Below are positions 1 through 8,165 of a stretch of 45,728 nucleotides of DNA, piece by piece. A model generated the notes under the pieces. The model was not told where the DNA came from. It did no database searches and worked only from the letters and a program-made list of their open reading frames with translations. Each line of letters opens with the position of its first letter. Positions within the stretch are counted from its first letter, which is position 1. This DNA comes from Candidatus Eiseniibacteriota bacterium. GTDB lineage: Bacteria; Eisenbacteria; RBG-16-71-46. The stretch covers positions 1-45,728 of the forward strand of contig JBIOKD010000002.1 of assembly GCA_044451485.1 (NCBI GenBank). The letters run 5' to 3'. Position numbers and translations under genes: made by a program.

Positions 1-467
1 GACTCGCGCAGACAGGTGGCCCCGCACAGATCGCAGGCTCCCGGGGCGTGCTCGGCGCACGAGCGCGGACTGGCCTTGTACGCCGCCCGGAAGCGCTCCG
101 CCACCGGATGCTGCGAGCGCATGAAGGCGGTGAGCCGCAGCAGCTCGACCGACACCTCCGGGCTCACCAGGTGCTCGATCATGCAGGCGTCCTCGTTGGC
201 GACCGGTTCGGGGACGCCGAGGATCTCGTGCAGGAAGGTGGACAACACCCGGCGGCTGGATTCGGTGCGCTCGGCCAGACGCAGGCCACTCGAGGTCAGC
301 TCGACGCAGCCATAGCGCTCGTGGGTCACCAGACCGCGGCTCTGGAGCGAGCGCAGCATCGAGGTGACACCGCTCTTCGACACGCCGAGGTGCTCGGCGA
401 TGTCGCCGACCCGCGCATGCCCCTTGTCGTGCTTGAGCGCGGCGACGGCCTGGAGGTAGTGGGCCAT
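1..467 (-). CDS. DtxR/MntR-family metal-dependent transcriptional repressor, 3' end runs off the window (not in the supplied ORF track)
   Basis: Manual reverse translation from ATG at 467: MAHYLQAVAALKHDKGHARVGDIAEHLGVSKSGVTSMLRSLQSRGLVTHERYGCVELTSSGLRLAERTESSRRVLSTFLHEILGVPEPVANEDACMIEHLVSPE... It shows the winged-HTH and dimerisation-helix pattern of the DtxR family. The frame is open to base 1 (155 codons + 2 nt). In-frame alternative GTG starts lie at 479 and 512. AAGGAAG lies 12 nt upstream of the ATG. Confidence 0.8.
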   Translation of the reverse strand, partial: MAHYLQAVAALKHDKGHARVGDIAEHLGVSKSGVTSMLRSLQSRGLVTHERYGCVELTSSGLRLAERTESSRRVLSTFLHEILGVPEPVANEDACMIEHLVSPEVSVELLRLTAFMRSQHPVAERFRAAYKASPRSCAEHAPGACDLCGATCLRE

Positions 468-733
468 CGAGTGCGACACTTCCTTTTCGCCGAAACGCTT
501 CCAGACATCCACGGCGTTTCTCCCGGTGACGAGGCTTCCTCGTGGGCGTGGACCCGCCGACCATGTGGGCGCCTCAAGAGTGTTGAGCCACCTTAACTCG
601 GCGGGTCGAGCGGCGCAAGCCCCAGGGCCCGCATCGGGTCACCTGTCCGGGTGTCGAGGTCGGTCGGCGCGGTCCCGGATCCGTCGTCCGTCGGGCCGAC
701 GTCGATCGGCGTCCTGTCGTCCGGCATGCGGCT

Positions 734-1633
734 TCAACCGGGCCGACGCGCCAGAAGCCGCGCCAGCACCGGACCATCCGGGGACTCGAGCTCCTCGTAT
801 CGCAACGGCTCGAGGGAGGGAAAGGCCCGCGCGAGCTCGCCGTCCTCGAGCAGGAAGCGCGGATGACGCGGGCGACCGAACCGCTCCTGCCCGCGACGAA
901 ACGTCTCGTAGACCAGCATGCCGCCGGGGACGAGCGCCCCCGCCATCGCCGGGAACAGAGGTCGGTGGAGGAAGCGGAACACGGTGACGACCTCGAAGGC
1001 CGCCACGGGCAGCTCGACTTCGCGCCGCTCGAGATCGACCACCCGGGTCGTGATCCTCACGCCTTGACGGATCGCGAACGCCGCCGCGCGCTCCAGCGCG
1101 CCGGCGTCGTGATCCCAGGCTTCGACCGACCAGCCACCGAGCGCCAGCGTGACCGCCTCGCGTCCCGCGCCGGCCGCCAGATCGAGCGCGCGGCCGCGTG
1201 GCAGGCCGTCGATCACCGCCGCCAGGAACGGCGAGGGTCGCCACAGCGCCGCCGCTGGCCCCGCGACGAGCCGCGCCGCCGGGATCCGGTCGAAGCCGGC
1301 GTCGAGCCAGGCGGTGCGCGGGTAGCCGAGGGCGACCAGCTCGACCGCCGCGGCCTCGGCGCGCGACCCGTCATCGGCCACCACCACCAGCGCCTGGTCC
1401 CGCGACGGCAGCTCGGCGCGGCGCTCACGCAGCTCGGCGAGCGGAATGTGCCCGCTGCCCGGAAGATGGCCGGCTGCGAACGCGGCCGCGTCGCGCACGT
1501 CCAGACGGGCGGCGTCACCGCCGGGATCGAACAGACGTGCCAACTCGAGACGGTGCACGGGGCGGGGTGGAGGGCCGGGGACTCCGTGCGGCGTGAGGCG
1601 CCGCGCGCGTGGGGCGCCACTCTGGACCCGCAT
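734..1633 (-). CDS. Rhodanese-homology domain fused to class I SAM-dependent methyltransferase (TehB-like)
   Basis: N-terminal half: LDVRDAAAFAAGHLPGSGHIP...LVVVADDGSRAEAAAVELVALGY (rhodanese fold). C-terminal half: ALDLAAGAGREAVTLALGGWSVEAWD...LVPGGMLVY (SAM motifs I and post-I). High GC3. Start uncertain (ATG 1633 or GTG 1558). Confidence 0.75.
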   Translation of the reverse strand: MRVQSGAPRARRLTPHGVPGPPPRPVHRLELARLFDPGGDAARLDVRDAAAFAAGHLPGSGHIPLAELRERRAELPSRDQALVVVADDGSRAEAAAVELVALGYPRTAWLDAGFDRIPAARLVAGPAAALWRPSPFLAAVIDGLPRGRALDLAAGAGREAVTLALGGWSVEAWDHDAGALERAAAFAIRQGVRITTRVVDLERREVELPVAAFEVVTVFRFLHRPLFPAMAGALVPGGMLVYETFRRGQERFGRPRHPRFLLEDGELARAFPSLEPLRYEELESPDGPVLARLLARRPG

Positions 1634-1663
1634 CCAGGTCGCGTCAACCGGACCTCACGGGCA

Positions 1664-1693
1664 TTGACCGGCGCGCGCGCCGGCCTCGATACT
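1664..1693 (+). promoter_or_regulatory. Candidate sigma70-type promoter, TTGACC-N18-GATACT
   Basis: -35 TTGACC at 1664-1669 and -10 GATACT at 1688-1693, in the 66-nt divergent gap. The -10 ends 6 nt before GTG 1700, implying a leaderless or very short leader. It conflicts with an alternative in-frame TTG start at 1664. Confidence 0.3.
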
Positions 1694-1699
1694 CGTCGG

Positions 1700-3646
1700 G
1701 TGCGTCTGCGAACCCACGCCCTCGTCTGGGCGGTCCTGATACCGGCCATCGCGTGGAGCGTCGCGGCCGGGGCCACGCCGGCGGAACGCGATCGACGGGT
1801 CGACCTGCTGCTGCGCGAGGCCCATGCCCAGATGGCGCTCGGGACCATCGAAGGGCGTCGCGCCGCGAAGATCCGTCTCGAAGAGGCCGAGCATCTCGCC
1901 CCCGAGCGTCACGACATCACCCTCGACCTGGCGCGTCTCTACCAGCGGATGGGCTTCCTGGGCGAGTCGAGGGCCAAGTACGAGAGCGTGGCGGCGCTTC
2001 GCCCGAACGACCGCGAGGCGCGCATCGCGCTCGCGGACCTCTGGCTTCGCGACTGGCTCAAGTACTTCGACTCGATGTCGCTCCTGCGCGCCACCGACTA
2101 CCGTCGCTCCGCCGCGAGACTCGATCCACCCGATGCCGACGCCTGGCTCGGTCTGGTGCCGCTCGAGATCGAGAACGGGAACCTGGTGGCGGCGCTCGAC
2201 GCCGCGGAGCGGGCACAGGCCGCGGATCCGCGCCGGGTCGACGCGCTGCTCGCGGTGGCTCACGCGGCGTGGCGGCTGGGTGACGTCGCACGCGCCGACA
2301 CCGCATTCCGGGATGCCATCCCGCGTCTCGCGGTGAGCGCACGACGCCGCTACGAGGACATCTCCCCGGTCTCCAGCGAGCGTGACACCGCGACGCTCAA
2401 CCGGTTGACGGCGCCGGCCCGGGCCGAGTTCCTGCGCCGCTTCTGGGTGGACACCGATCCCGATCCCTCGACACCCGAGAACGAGGCCCAGCTCGAGTAC
2501 TGGTCGCGGGTCACCCAGGCCTACTTCCTGTTCTACGACACGCACGCGCGGGTGTGGGACCAGCGCGGCGAGGTGTACGTGCGCTACGGACCCCCGTCAC
2601 GCGTCTTCTACAACCCGGTGGGTCTGCGTTTGTCCTCGACCGTGAGCGACGTGGACGTGGTGCGCACCAACGACCTGTTCCCGATCAACATCCTGGAATG
2701 GGACTACCCGGAGCTGGGCATGGTCGTGCAGATGGAGGACCGCGTGCTCACCGGTCGGTACACGCTGCCGGTCACGCTCGACCGCGATCCCGATCCGCGT
2801 CCGGATCTCGGCATGATCGACGCGATCGGGGACAAGGTCGCCTCGGGCGACGGCCGTGGCGTGTTCCCGGCGCTCCCGCCACGGACCCGTCCACTTCCGG
2901 TCGACGGGCTCGTCGCCCGCATGGAGAGCGCCACGGGGGCGCCGCGGGTGATCGGGCTGCTCGCCACCCCGTTGGCACCCGGCGACTCGGCGTGGGCCAC
3001 CTGGGTGGTGCTCGATTCGACCCGTCACGAGGTCGCGCGCATGACCCGGGCGCTGTCGCCCTCGGCCTGCGATCCCGCCCGGCTGCGGGTGGCGGACTTC
3101 GCCGACAGCCTCCCGCCCGGCGACTATCTCGTGGGTCTGGGGGTGCGCGACGCCCACGGCGCGCGCGGGTCGGTGCGCGCCGGGCTGACGCTCGAGGCGC
3201 CGGACAGCGCGATGTCGCTCAGCGACCTGGTGGTTTCGTGTGGCGGCGCGCAGGTCCAGCCGGGGACGGCCGACACCCCGCCACTGGTGCGGCTCAATCC
3301 CAATCCGGCCGCGGTGGTGACCGGCCGGGATCCGCTGGTGCTGTACTTCGAGGCCTATCGTCTGACCGCCGCCGCCGACGGGCTCGCGCATCTCGAGATC
3401 GCCTACACGGTGCGTGGCGCCGAACGCGATCCGCGGCCGCTCATCCAGCGGATCCTGTCGCCGCGTCGGCCGCTGCCGGAAGTGTCGACCCACCGCACCG
3501 AGGAGCAGGTGGGCGCCATCCGCCGCCAGTTCGTGGACGTTCCGGTGCAGACCCTGCCGTCCGGTCATTACCGTGTGGAAGTCGTGGTGAAGGACCTCAC
3601 CGCCGACACCGAGTCGGCCCGGTCGGCGTTCTTCGACAAGCGTTGA
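1700..3646 (+). CDS. TPR-repeat + GWxTD-domain secreted protein
   Basis: Signal-like N-terminus VRLRTHALVWAVLIPAIAWSVAAGA, then TPR-like helices. GWxTD-type core YWSRVTQAYFLFYDTHARVWDQRGEVYVRYGPPSRV. The ORF-track start at 863 was rejected because it is antisense to the rhodanese gene. Confidence 0.75.
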   Translation: MRLRTHALVWAVLIPAIAWSVAAGATPAERDRRVDLLLREAHAQMALGTIEGRRAAKIRLEEAEHLAPERHDITLDLARLYQRMGFLGESRAKYESVAALRPNDREARIALADLWLRDWLKYFDSMSLLRATDYRRSAARLDPPDADAWLGLVPLEIENGNLVAALDAAERAQAADPRRVDALLAVAHAAWRLGDVARADTAFRDAIPRLAVSARRRYEDISPVSSERDTATLNRLTAPARAEFLRRFWVDTDPDPSTPENEAQLEYWSRVTQAYFLFYDTHARVWDQRGEVYVRYGPPSRVFYNPVGLRLSSTVSDVDVVRTNDLFPINILEWDYPELGMVVQMEDRVLTGRYTLPVTLDRDPDPRPDLGMIDAIGDKVASGDGRGVFPALPPRTRPLPVDGLVARMESATGAPRVIGLLATPLAPGDSAWATWVVLDSTRHEVARMTRALSPSACDPARLRVADFADSLPPGDYLVGLGVRDAHGARGSVRAGLTLEAPDSAMSLSDLVVSCGGAQVQPGTADTPPLVRLNPNPAAVVTGRDPLVLYFEAYRLTAAADGLAHLEIAYTVRGAERDPRPLIQRILSPRRPLPEVSTHRTEEQVGAIRRQFVDVPVQTLPSGHYRVEVVVKDLTADTESARSAFFDKR

Positions 3647-3767
3647 AGGGCCACCCCGGACACGACCGGACAGGGATCCGATCCCCGCGTCCCGCCGGAT
3701 CTCAAGTGCGTCGGGGGGACCGCCGATAACCGGGGATGTCAACCCGGACCCCCGCCTCGAGGACGCG

Positions 3768-4166
3768 ATGTCCAGCCCACGCTCCCGAATCCTGATCGTC
3801 GACGACGAAGCCGATCTGCTCGCCGTGCTGCGTTTCGGGCTCGAGGCCGAGGGTTTCGAGGTGATCAGCGCCAGTGACGGCGAGGAAGGTCTTCGCTTCG
3901 CGCGGGATGGCCGCCCGGACCTGATGGTGCTCGACCTCATGCTGCCCAAGCTGGACGGCTACAAGGTCTGTCGGGCGCTCAAGTTCGACGAGCGCTACAA
4001 GACGCTTCCGATCATCATCCTCAGCGCCCGCTCCGCCGAGCAGGACAAGCAGCTGGCGATGAGCATGGGCGCGGACGCGTTCGTGACCAAGCCCTACGAC
4101 ATGCGTGACCTGGTGAGCCGCATCCGGGCGCGGATCGCACGCGAGCGCCGGCGCGAAGCCGCCTAG
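3768..4166 (+). CDS. Stand-alone response-regulator receiver (CheY-like)
   Basis: ILIVDDEADLL...PDLMVLDLMLPKLDGYKVC...PIIILSAR...GADAFVTKPY: the DD, phospho-acceptor D, S/T and K receiver motifs are all present, with no output domain. Confidence 0.9.
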   Translation: MSSPRSRILIVDDEADLLAVLRFGLEAEGFEVISASDGEEGLRFARDGRPDLMVLDLMLPKLDGYKVCRALKFDERYKTLPIIILSARSAEQDKQLAMSMGADAFVTKPYDMRDLVSRIRARIARERRREAA

Positions 4167-4223
4167 GCTCCGTTTGAAAACGTACGACTCGCGCGCTCGC
4201 CATACGTTCTCAAAGGAGCCTAG
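4163..4223. repeat. Palindromic intergenic element, copy 1 (CTAG-capped hairpin between convergent genes)
   Basis: CTAGGCTCCGTTTGAAAACGTA-[18 nt with GCGCGC core]-TACGTTCTCAAAGGAGCCTAG. The arms are complementary over about 20 bp with one bulge and one mismatch. The left CTAG holds the TAG stop of the receiver gene and the right CTAG holds the TAG stop of the IMPase gene on the other strand. Confidence 0.8.
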
Positions 4224-5101
4224 ACCCGGTCCGTCGAGCCACCGCCCGGCACATCGGGCGCCGACCGGCCTCCGATCCGCGGCTCCACGAACGGGGCCAG
4301 CACCTCCATCATCTCCGGGTGCAGCGCTCCGTTGGTGGCCAGGAACTCGCGTCCGTCCAGGTCGACCGGTTCGCCGTCGAAGCGCGTCACACGGCCACCC
4401 GCTTCGGTCACCATCAGCACGCCGGCGGCCGCGTCCCACGCGGACAACCCACGCTCCCAAAAGCCGTCGAAGCGGCCCATGGCGGCATAGCAGAGATTGA
4501 GAGCCGCCGAGCCATCGCGGCGGATGCCCTGCGCGCGGAGCAGGAAGGCGCGGAACGGACCGAGGTAGCGCTCGGGGTCCTCGCGCACGTCGTAGGGGAA
4601 GCCGGTCACCAGCAGCGCCCCCTCGACCCGCGTCACCGGGCTCACGTAGATCGGCGCGCCGTTGAGCGTCGCGCCGTGACCCGCCGCCGCCGCGAACAGC
4701 TCGTCACGCACCGGGTCGTACACCACGCCGGCAGCGAGCGCGCCATCCACCTCGACCCCGATCGATACCGCGAAGAATGGATAGTTGTGCGCGAAGTTGG
4801 TGGTCCCGTCGAGCGGATCGACGATCCAGCGCACCCGGGCAGCGCCGACGCGGGCGCCGGACTCCTCCGCCAGCACCGCGTGGTCCGGATAGCGGCGTCC
4901 GATCTCGCCCAGCACCAGCGCCTCGGAGCGGCGGTCGAAAGCGGTGACCAGATCGATGCGGCCCTTGTGTTCGGGGGCGTGTGCGCGTCCGTAGCCCTCG
5001 AGGAGCACGGCCCCCGCGGCACGCGCGATCTCGGCGGCGGCGTCGCGCAGCGCGCGCGGCTCGGGAAGTCCGGCCGGTGGCCCGGTCACCTCGCCGCTCA
5101 C
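4220..5101 (-). CDS. suhB: Inositol monophosphatase family protein (SuhB-like)
   Basis: Motifs LAEESG, WIVDPLDGTTNFAHNYPFFAVSIG and WDAAAGVLMVTEAGG. The chosen GTG start at 5101 overlaps the helicase TGA stop (GTGA). The ORF-track extension to 5641 is Arg/Gly-rich junk antisense-overlapping the helicase gene. Confidence 0.85.
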   Translation of the reverse strand: MSGEVTGPPAGLPEPRALRDAAAEIARAAGAVLLEGYGRAHAPEHKGRIDLVTAFDRRSEALVLGEIGRRYPDHAVLAEESGARVGAARVRWIVDPLDGTTNFAHNYPFFAVSIGVEVDGALAAGVVYDPVRDELFAAAAGHGATLNGAPIYVSPVTRVEGALLVTGFPYDVREDPERYLGPFRAFLLRAQGIRRDGSAALNLCYAAMGRFDGFWERGLSAWDAAAGVLMVTEAGGRVTRFDGEPVDLDGREFLATNGALHPEMMEVLAPFVEPRIGGRSAPDVPGGGSTDRV

Positions 5102-8055
5102 CGGTCCCCGCGCGCGGCGCTGGCCGGGCAGAAGTGTCGGTAGTCGCAGATGCCGCAGGTCCACGGGTCGGGCGTGGCGGCGAAACGCGCCGCGCGGATG
5201 CCCGCCGCCGCCTCGGCGATGCGTGTCCGCGCCGCCTCGAGCGCCGGGTCGGTGATCGGGGCGCGCCCTTCGACACCGGCGCCCACGAAACGCAGCTCGG
5301 CCGCCGCCGGGCGCACGCCGCGGGTCTCGAGGTAGGCCAGGGCGTAGAGACCGAGCTGCCCCTTCTCGACGCTCTCGAGCGCGCGCGCGTCCGCTTCGGC
5401 GCGATCCTCCACCTCGGTGGTCTTGTAGTCCACGAGGACGACGCCTTCCTCGCGCTCGTCGATGCGGTCCCATCGTCCGCCGATCAGGTCGGTCCCCACC
5501 CGGAAGCGGAACTCCATCTCGATCGCGAGTGGCATGCTCCTCGAGGCCTCCTCGGCCGCCACCAGGTCCCGCAGCGCGCGCTCGCCGGTCTGGTAGACGT
5601 GCTGCTCGTGCTGGGGGTTGAGAAAGCCCTCGTTCGACCACGCGTCACGGTAGGCCGCGAGCACGTCGGCCTCGCCGATCGGAAGACCCTTGACCCGGTG
5701 CTGCAGGTACACCGCCACCGCGTGGTGTACCGCGCTTCCGTACGCGACGTTCCAGCGTGGTGGCAGCGGCACGTGGGCGAGATGCGCGTAGTAGTAGCGG
5801 CGCGGGCAGGTGCGGTAGTCCTCGATGGCGTAATGCGAGAGCACCAGCGGCTGGTCGTCGGGGATCGGCCCGATCGGCGCCGGGGTGGCCTCGGGGGTGG
5901 GGGCGAAGCGCGCGATGCTCTCGAGCGCGCTGACCCCGGTCGCGTGACCCGGCGGCTCGGTCAGGGCCAGGGCCTCCATCAGGAAGCGGCTCGGACGCGC
6001 GGTGCGGCGGCCGCCGTAGTCGGACGCGTGACACAACACGAGCCGGTCGCGTGCCCGGGTCATCGCGACGTACGCGAGTCGACGCTCCTCGCGCAGGTGC
6101 TCCTCCGGGTCGTCGCGATGACCGTGACGCAGCTCGGGTGGGAACTCGAGCCCGCGCCCGCGGCGGTAACCGGGAAAGCGCTGCTCGACGAGATCCACCA
6201 GGTACACCACCGGGAACTCGAGGCCCTTGGCGTTGTGCGTGGTCAGCAGACTCACCGCGTCGTCGTCGGTCTCGACCTCCGCCGCCATCGGATCGTCGCC
6301 GAGCTCGATCAGCAGATCGAGATGGGGGACGAACTGGCTGACCCGGTCGATCGTCAGCAGCGAGCCCACCCGCGACACGATCGCGAAGAGACGGCTCAGA
6401 TTCTGGACCTGTTCGAGCGAGGCGGCGTCCTCGTCGGCGGTGAGCCGCTCGAGCAGACCGCTGTCGTGCACGAACCGGTACAGCACCTCCGCGGTGGGGC
6501 GGCGCAGCGCGTCGGCCGCCAGCTCGCGATGCAGCGACGCGAACCGCTCGATGGCGGCGCGGGTCGTGGGTGCCAGCTCGTCGGAGACCGCCGCCTCGAC
6601 CGCGACCCGCAGCATGCCGCGATGGGTGCGACGCGCGCGTTCGCCGAGACGGGCCAGGTCCACCGGGTCGGCGCCGAACAGCGGGTCGCCGAGTGCGAAG
6701 TACACCGGCGGGCCCTCCTCCGGCGAGGCCAGGGCACGCAGCGCGTTCAGACACAGCATCACCTCGGGCCGCGAATACAGACGCCGCTGTCCGACGCGGC
6801 GAAAGCGCACCTGGCGCCCGCGAAGGGCGTTGGCGAACGCGTCCAGGTGTCCGTGCGCGCGGGCCAGCACCGCGACATCGCGCGCCGAGCGCGTGCCGCT
6901 CGCGATGGCGTCGGCGATCTCGCCGGCCACCTGCTCGGCCTCGTCGCTGGAGGTTCGCAGGTGGCGGTGCTCGACCACCCCCTCGAATGGGCGGCCATCG
7001 CCGCCGCGGCGGTCGGTCACCAGCCGCTTGTCGAGCCCGAGCCGCACCTCGAGCCGGTCCGGGTCGTTGTGACGGATGAGACGGTGCGCCACGTCGAGGA
7101 TGCGCTGGCCCGAGCGGTAGTTGCGTCGCAGCAGGACTCGGGTGGTGTCGGGAAAGGTCTCCACGAAGCCGAGGAGATTCTCCACCTTGGCGCCGCGGAA
7201 GCGATAGATACTCTGGTCGTCGTCCCCCACCACGGTGATGCGGCGGGTCTCGCCGGCCAGCAGCTTGACGAGCTCGAACTGCACGTGGTTGGTGTCCTGG
7301 AACTCGTCCACGAGCAGATAGCGGAAACGTTCCTGGTACTCGCGCCGGAGGTGGGGCCGTTCGCGGAGCAGCCGCAGCGCGAGACGGACCTGCGCTCCGA
7401 AATCGAGCCGGCCCGCGCCGAGCAGCAGCCGCTCGTACGCCTCGTAGGCCCGTGCCAGCTCGACGTGTCCCTCGGCGCGATCGCGGGCCGCCGGGTCGCC
7501 GCCGGCGGCGTCGAGCGCCGACTGCGCCCACACCCGGTAGTCCCCGGGACCGACGTCCTCGTTGCGGGCGTGATCGAACACCGCGACCAGCTCGCGCAGC
7601 AGACCATCCGGATCACGGAGCGGCAGATAACGGGAGAGCCCGAGCTCGAACAGCCGCTCGCGGAGGAAGACGAGGATCTCGGCTGGTGTCTCCACGCGGA
7701 GCTGCGAGGTGAGACCCAGCTCGACCGCGTGCTCGCGCACCAGCCGGTCGCAGAACGCGTTGAATGTGGCGATGGTGGCGCCCACGAAGCCGTAGGGGAC
7801 CAGCACGTCCACCCGCGTCTCCATCTCGGCCGCGGCCTTTTCGGTGAAGGTGAGAGCCAGGATCTGCTCGGGCCGCGCGCGACGCGACGCGATGAGCCAC
7901 GCGATCCGCCGGGTGAGGACCTGGGTCTTGCCGGTCCCGGCGCCGGCGACGATCAGGAGCGGCCCATCGCCGTGGGTCACGGCGGCGAGTTGCTCGTCGT
8001 TCAAGCCCTCGAGGATGGGCTCGAGCGCGCGATCGGCGGTGGCGGGTGGGATCAT
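5098..8055 (-). CDS. UvrD/PcrA-type superfamily-1 helicase with C-terminal PD-(D/E)XK nuclease domain carrying a 4-Cys (Cas4/AddB-like) cluster
   Basis: Walker A AGAGTGKTQ, motif II LLVDEFQDTN, and further SF1 motifs. C-terminus: YRTCPRRYYYAHL ... GRWDRID ... VVLVDYKT ... QLGLYALA ... WTCGICDYRHFCP (C-Xn-C-X2-C-X5-C). Confidence 0.85.
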   Translation of the reverse strand: MIPPATADRALEPILEGLNDEQLAAVTHGDGPLLIVAGAGTGKTQVLTRRIAWLIASRRARPEQILALTFTEKAAAEMETRVDVLVPYGFVGATIATFNAFCDRLVREHAVELGLTSQLRVETPAEILVFLRERLFELGLSRYLPLRDPDGLLRELVAVFDHARNEDVGPGDYRVWAQSALDAAGGDPAARDRAEGHVELARAYEAYERLLLGAGRLDFGAQVRLALRLLRERPHLRREYQERFRYLLVDEFQDTNHVQFELVKLLAGETRRITVVGDDDQSIYRFRGAKVENLLGFVETFPDTTRVLLRRNYRSGQRILDVAHRLIRHNDPDRLEVRLGLDKRLVTDRRGGDGRPFEGVVEHRHLRTSSDEAEQVAGEIADAIASGTRSARDVAVLARAHGHLDAFANALRGRQVRFRRVGQRRLYSRPEVMLCLNALRALASPEEGPPVYFALGDPLFGADPVDLARLGERARRTHRGMLRVAVEAAVSDELAPTTRAAIERFASLHRELAADALRRPTAEVLYRFVHDSGLLERLTADEDAASLEQVQNLSRLFAIVSRVGSLLTIDRVSQFVPHLDLLIELGDDPMAAEVETDDDAVSLLTTHNAKGLEFPVVYLVDLVEQRFPGYRRGRGLEFPPELRHGHRDDPEEHLREERRLAYVAMTRARDRLVLCHASDYGGRRTARPSRFLMEALALTEPPGHATGVSALESIARFAPTPEATPAPIGPIPDDQPLVLSHYAIEDYRTCPRRYYYAHLAHVPLPPRWNVAYGSAVHHAVAVYLQHRVKGLPIGEADVLAAYRDAWSNEGFLNPQHEQHVYQTGERALRDLVAAEEASRSMPLAIEMEFRFRVGTDLIGGRWDRIDEREEGVVLVDYKTTEVEDRAEADARALESVEKGQLGLYALAYLETRGVRPAAAELRFVGAGVEGRAPITDPALEAARTRIAEAAAGIRAARFAATPDPWTCGICDYRHFCPASAARGDR

Positions 8056-8126
8056 CGGGAGGTGGCGGCGGGCACCACGCTAGCATGCGGGCACGCGCGT
8101 ACGCGACCCGCCATCGGCGGGGCCGC

Positions 8127-8155
8127 TTGCCGCCCGGCAGCCACGAACCTAGACT
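8127..8155 (+). promoter_or_regulatory. Candidate sigma70-type promoter, TTGCCG-N17-TAGACT
   Basis: Located in the 110-nt divergent gap between the helicase and the binding-protein gene. The -10 ends 10 nt before ATG 8166, so the leader would be very short. Confidence 0.35.
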
Positions 8156-8165
8156 GCGTCCTCCC

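Noticed and set aside
863-1699. N-terminal 279 codons of the 927-aa ORF-track entry for the GWxTD gene
   Set aside because: This part overlaps the rhodanese-methyltransferase gene in antisense and is not protein-like. A signal-peptide-like N-terminus begins at GTG 1700.
5102-5641. Upstream extension of the IMPase ORF (473-aa version)
   Set aside because: The extension is Arg/Gly/Pro junk overlapping the 3' end of the helicase gene. The IMPase family N-terminus aligns with the start at 5101.
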